Source: a virus (lineage: Duplodnaviria > Caudoviricetes). Taken from it: DNA of 39,094 bases. The stretch's first letter is position 1, and each line of letters opens with the position of its first letter. Both the position numbers and the translations under genes were made by a program. This document shows positions 37,423 through 39,094 of the stretch, piece after piece. Below the pieces are notes generated by a model. It was given only the letters and a program-made list of their open reading frames with translations, was not told the DNA's origin and ran no database searches. Location: IMG/VR virus record IMGVR_UViG_3300014656_000061, positions 1-39,094 of that record. One strand, written 5' to 3'.

Positions 37423-37749
37423 TTAATTAAATACAGGGAACACATAATCTTCCCTTATGTCATCCAATGCTTCTTGTAGCTCTCTAAACCACTCTCTCAT
37501 TATGTCGCCCTCCCTAAGTATTCTATTAGCGACAACGATACACTCGGACATCTCACAGCTTGGTATCTTCTCGCCCATCCAATAACTATTCATTATCTCT
37601 CCCCAATTAACGCCATTAGCTCTGTATATACATGCAATATCAGGCGGAAGTGTAAGATCATCGGGTCTTATGTCGTGCCACAGTAAATATGCTACTTGTC
37701 CTACACTAGACGTCATAAATAACGGTTCCCCTAGATTTCTTAACTTCAT
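37423..37749 (-). CDS. Hypothetical protein
   Basis: 108-aa ORF within the operon. Confidence 0.6.
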   Translation of the reverse strand: MKLRNLGEPLFMTSSVGQVAYLLWHDIRPDDLTLPPDIACIYRANGVNWGEIMNSYWMGEKIPSCEMSECIVVANRILREGDIMREWFRELQEALDDIREDYVFPVFN

Positions 37750-37766
37750 TGGAGCAGTAAATTAAA

Positions 37767-38765
37767 TTAATTAATCCACCATGGATGTGCCATTGTCCAC
37801 TTAACTGTTCTATCTAAACTACTTTCAAACTGTACCGGCGCTTTCCATCCGAGATCCGCCAATTTCTTTCCACTCATTGCATACCTTGAATCGTGTCCTG
37901 GTCTAGTACTATGGAAGTCGATATGCACATAATCCTTTCCTTCTACTGGCTCTGGTTCGCCCATAGCCTTTGCTATTAGTTTGAACATCTCAAGATTATC
38001 CATTTCTACATCTCCCACAATATGCACCTTATCATTTACTATATCATTTTGGAGTAGGAATAGAACAGCATCCGCTGCGTTCCTTGCATGCAACCAATGT
38101 CTTTTACCTACATGTCCTGGCATTCCATGTATTGTCATAGGCTCATGCTTATATAACATCTTCATTGACCTTGGGATTAACTTCTCAGGGTCCTGTCTCT
38201 CACCAAAGATATTCATGGTGTTTGTGATCAGGTATGGTAGCCCGTAGGTCTTTCCAAAGCCCATTACGATCATCTCTCCTGCCGCTTTTCCTGCGCTATA
38301 TGGGTTACTTGGGTGTAGTTTATCTTCTTCTGTGTAATCGTATCCTTCTGGTGCTGGTCCATATACCTCATCTGTTGAAAAGTAAAGGAACTTCTTTAAC
38401 TTAGGCTGATGCTTTCTTGCAAACTCAAGCATCTGTGCCGTAGTCTTTGCATTATTTGTGAATACTTCTACTGGATGCTCTATTGAATAGTCTACATGGG
38501 AACAAGCTGCCAAGTGGGCTATGTAGTCCAATTTCCCCATATGCTTTGCTACTGTATCGAGACTGTCGTTTAGGTCATGCCTGATTATAGTAGTTCTTTC
38601 TCTGAACTCAGGATGATCCCTCATTGTCTCCTCAATTCTCATCAGGTCTCCTGCCCTGTCCATCTTGACTAAACCAACTATATGCCAGTCGGTGTTTTTC
38701 ATGATATGTTCCCACACATGTGCGCCCACAAACCCGGCCATTCCGGTCACTAAAAGTCTTGTCAT
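37767..38765 (-). CDS. rmlB: dTDP-glucose 4,6-dehydratase-like extended SDR
   Basis: Motifs LVTGMAGFVG, HLAACSHVDYSI, STDEVYG, PSNPYSAGKA (YxxxK), EKLIP and RPGHD.RY. Confidence 0.88.
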   Translation of the reverse strand: MTRLLVTGMAGFVGAHVWEHIMKNTDWHIVGLVKMDRAGDLMRIEETMRDHPEFRERTTIIRHDLNDSLDTVAKHMGKLDYIAHLAACSHVDYSIEHPVEVFTNNAKTTAQMLEFARKHQPKLKKFLYFSTDEVYGPAPEGYDYTEEDKLHPSNPYSAGKAAGEMIVMGFGKTYGLPYLITNTMNIFGERQDPEKLIPRSMKMLYKHEPMTIHGMPGHVGKRHWLHARNAADAVLFLLQNDIVNDKVHIVGDVEMDNLEMFKLIAKAMGEPEPVEGKDYVHIDFHSTRPGHDSRYAMSGKKLADLGWKAPVQFESSLDRTVKWTMAHPWWIN

Positions 38766-39094
38766 TTAATTAAAGATAATAAATAAGATAACTGATCCTG
38801 CATCTCCTCAAGCGTCCATTTCTTAATAGTATTCATATTGCAAACAATATACTGTAAATCTTCCCAGCGATTCTCCTCCATCCAAAAATGAGCCCATTCA
38901 GGGTTCTTATGAAATGATTTATTCCCAAACATATGGTGTTTTGCGCTAACACAAACCCCATTGCGGGGGTCCCAACGTAACATACGGTTATTTCTTGAAA
39001 TATAATGATGGCTGTTTAAGTTTATGGCAACGCCCGAAACTTCACACTTGTATCCTGCCAGATATTTTACTGCCTCACTCCATGCCTTATCTAG
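38762..39094 (-). CDS. 3' part of junction-spanning NinG/HNH-like endonuclease
   Basis: Open frame runs to the window end and joins the ATG at 159 through the repeat; ends overlapping the dehydratase start. Confidence 0.8.
   Translation of the reverse strand, partial: LDKAWSEAVKYLAGYKCEVSGVAINLNSHHYISRNNRMLRWDPRNGVCVSAKHHMFGNKSFHKNPEWAHFWMEENRWEDLQYIVCNMNTIKKWTLEEMQDQLSYLLSLIK
38972..39094. repeat. Terminal direct repeat, right copy
   Basis: Identical to 1-123. Confidence 0.97.

Overview
This window is a complete, circularly closed ~39.0 kb tailed dsDNA phage genome with a podovirus-like (P22-type portal, DUF5309 capsid) layout. Bases 1-123 repeat exactly at 38972-39094, and an HNH/NinG-like ORF reads through that junction. 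Essentially every real gene is on the minus strand. In transcription order the genome carries: a sugar-modification block (dTDP-glucose 4,6-dehydratase, methyltransferase, two glycosyltransferase-like genes, tRNA-Thr); packaging and head genes; more glycosyl/methyltransferases interleaved with a G-X-T collagen-like fibre and tail genes; LysM and putative ejection proteins; an amidase/holin lysis module; and an early/middle region with nucleases, HTH proteins, a stand-alone NrdD glycyl-radical peptide and a solo TnpB. No integrase, polymerase, helicase or primase was recognised. Many TGnTATAAT promoters, several leaderless starts and few Shine-Dalgarno sites suggest (inference) a Patescibacteria/CPR-like host. 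The most unusual signals are non-coding. (1) A promoter-proximal hairpin at 31545-31592 has a 10-nt loop (UGCUCUCGUU) complementary to an AACGAG(A/G)G motif found upstream of seven late genes. (2) Arrays of tRNA-mimic RNAs, with the anticodon arm replaced by long inserts, are punctuated by boxA-like motifs. (3) A probable virion-glycosylation system is centred on a Thr-rich collagen. All calls are by-eye motif recognition; no searches were run.
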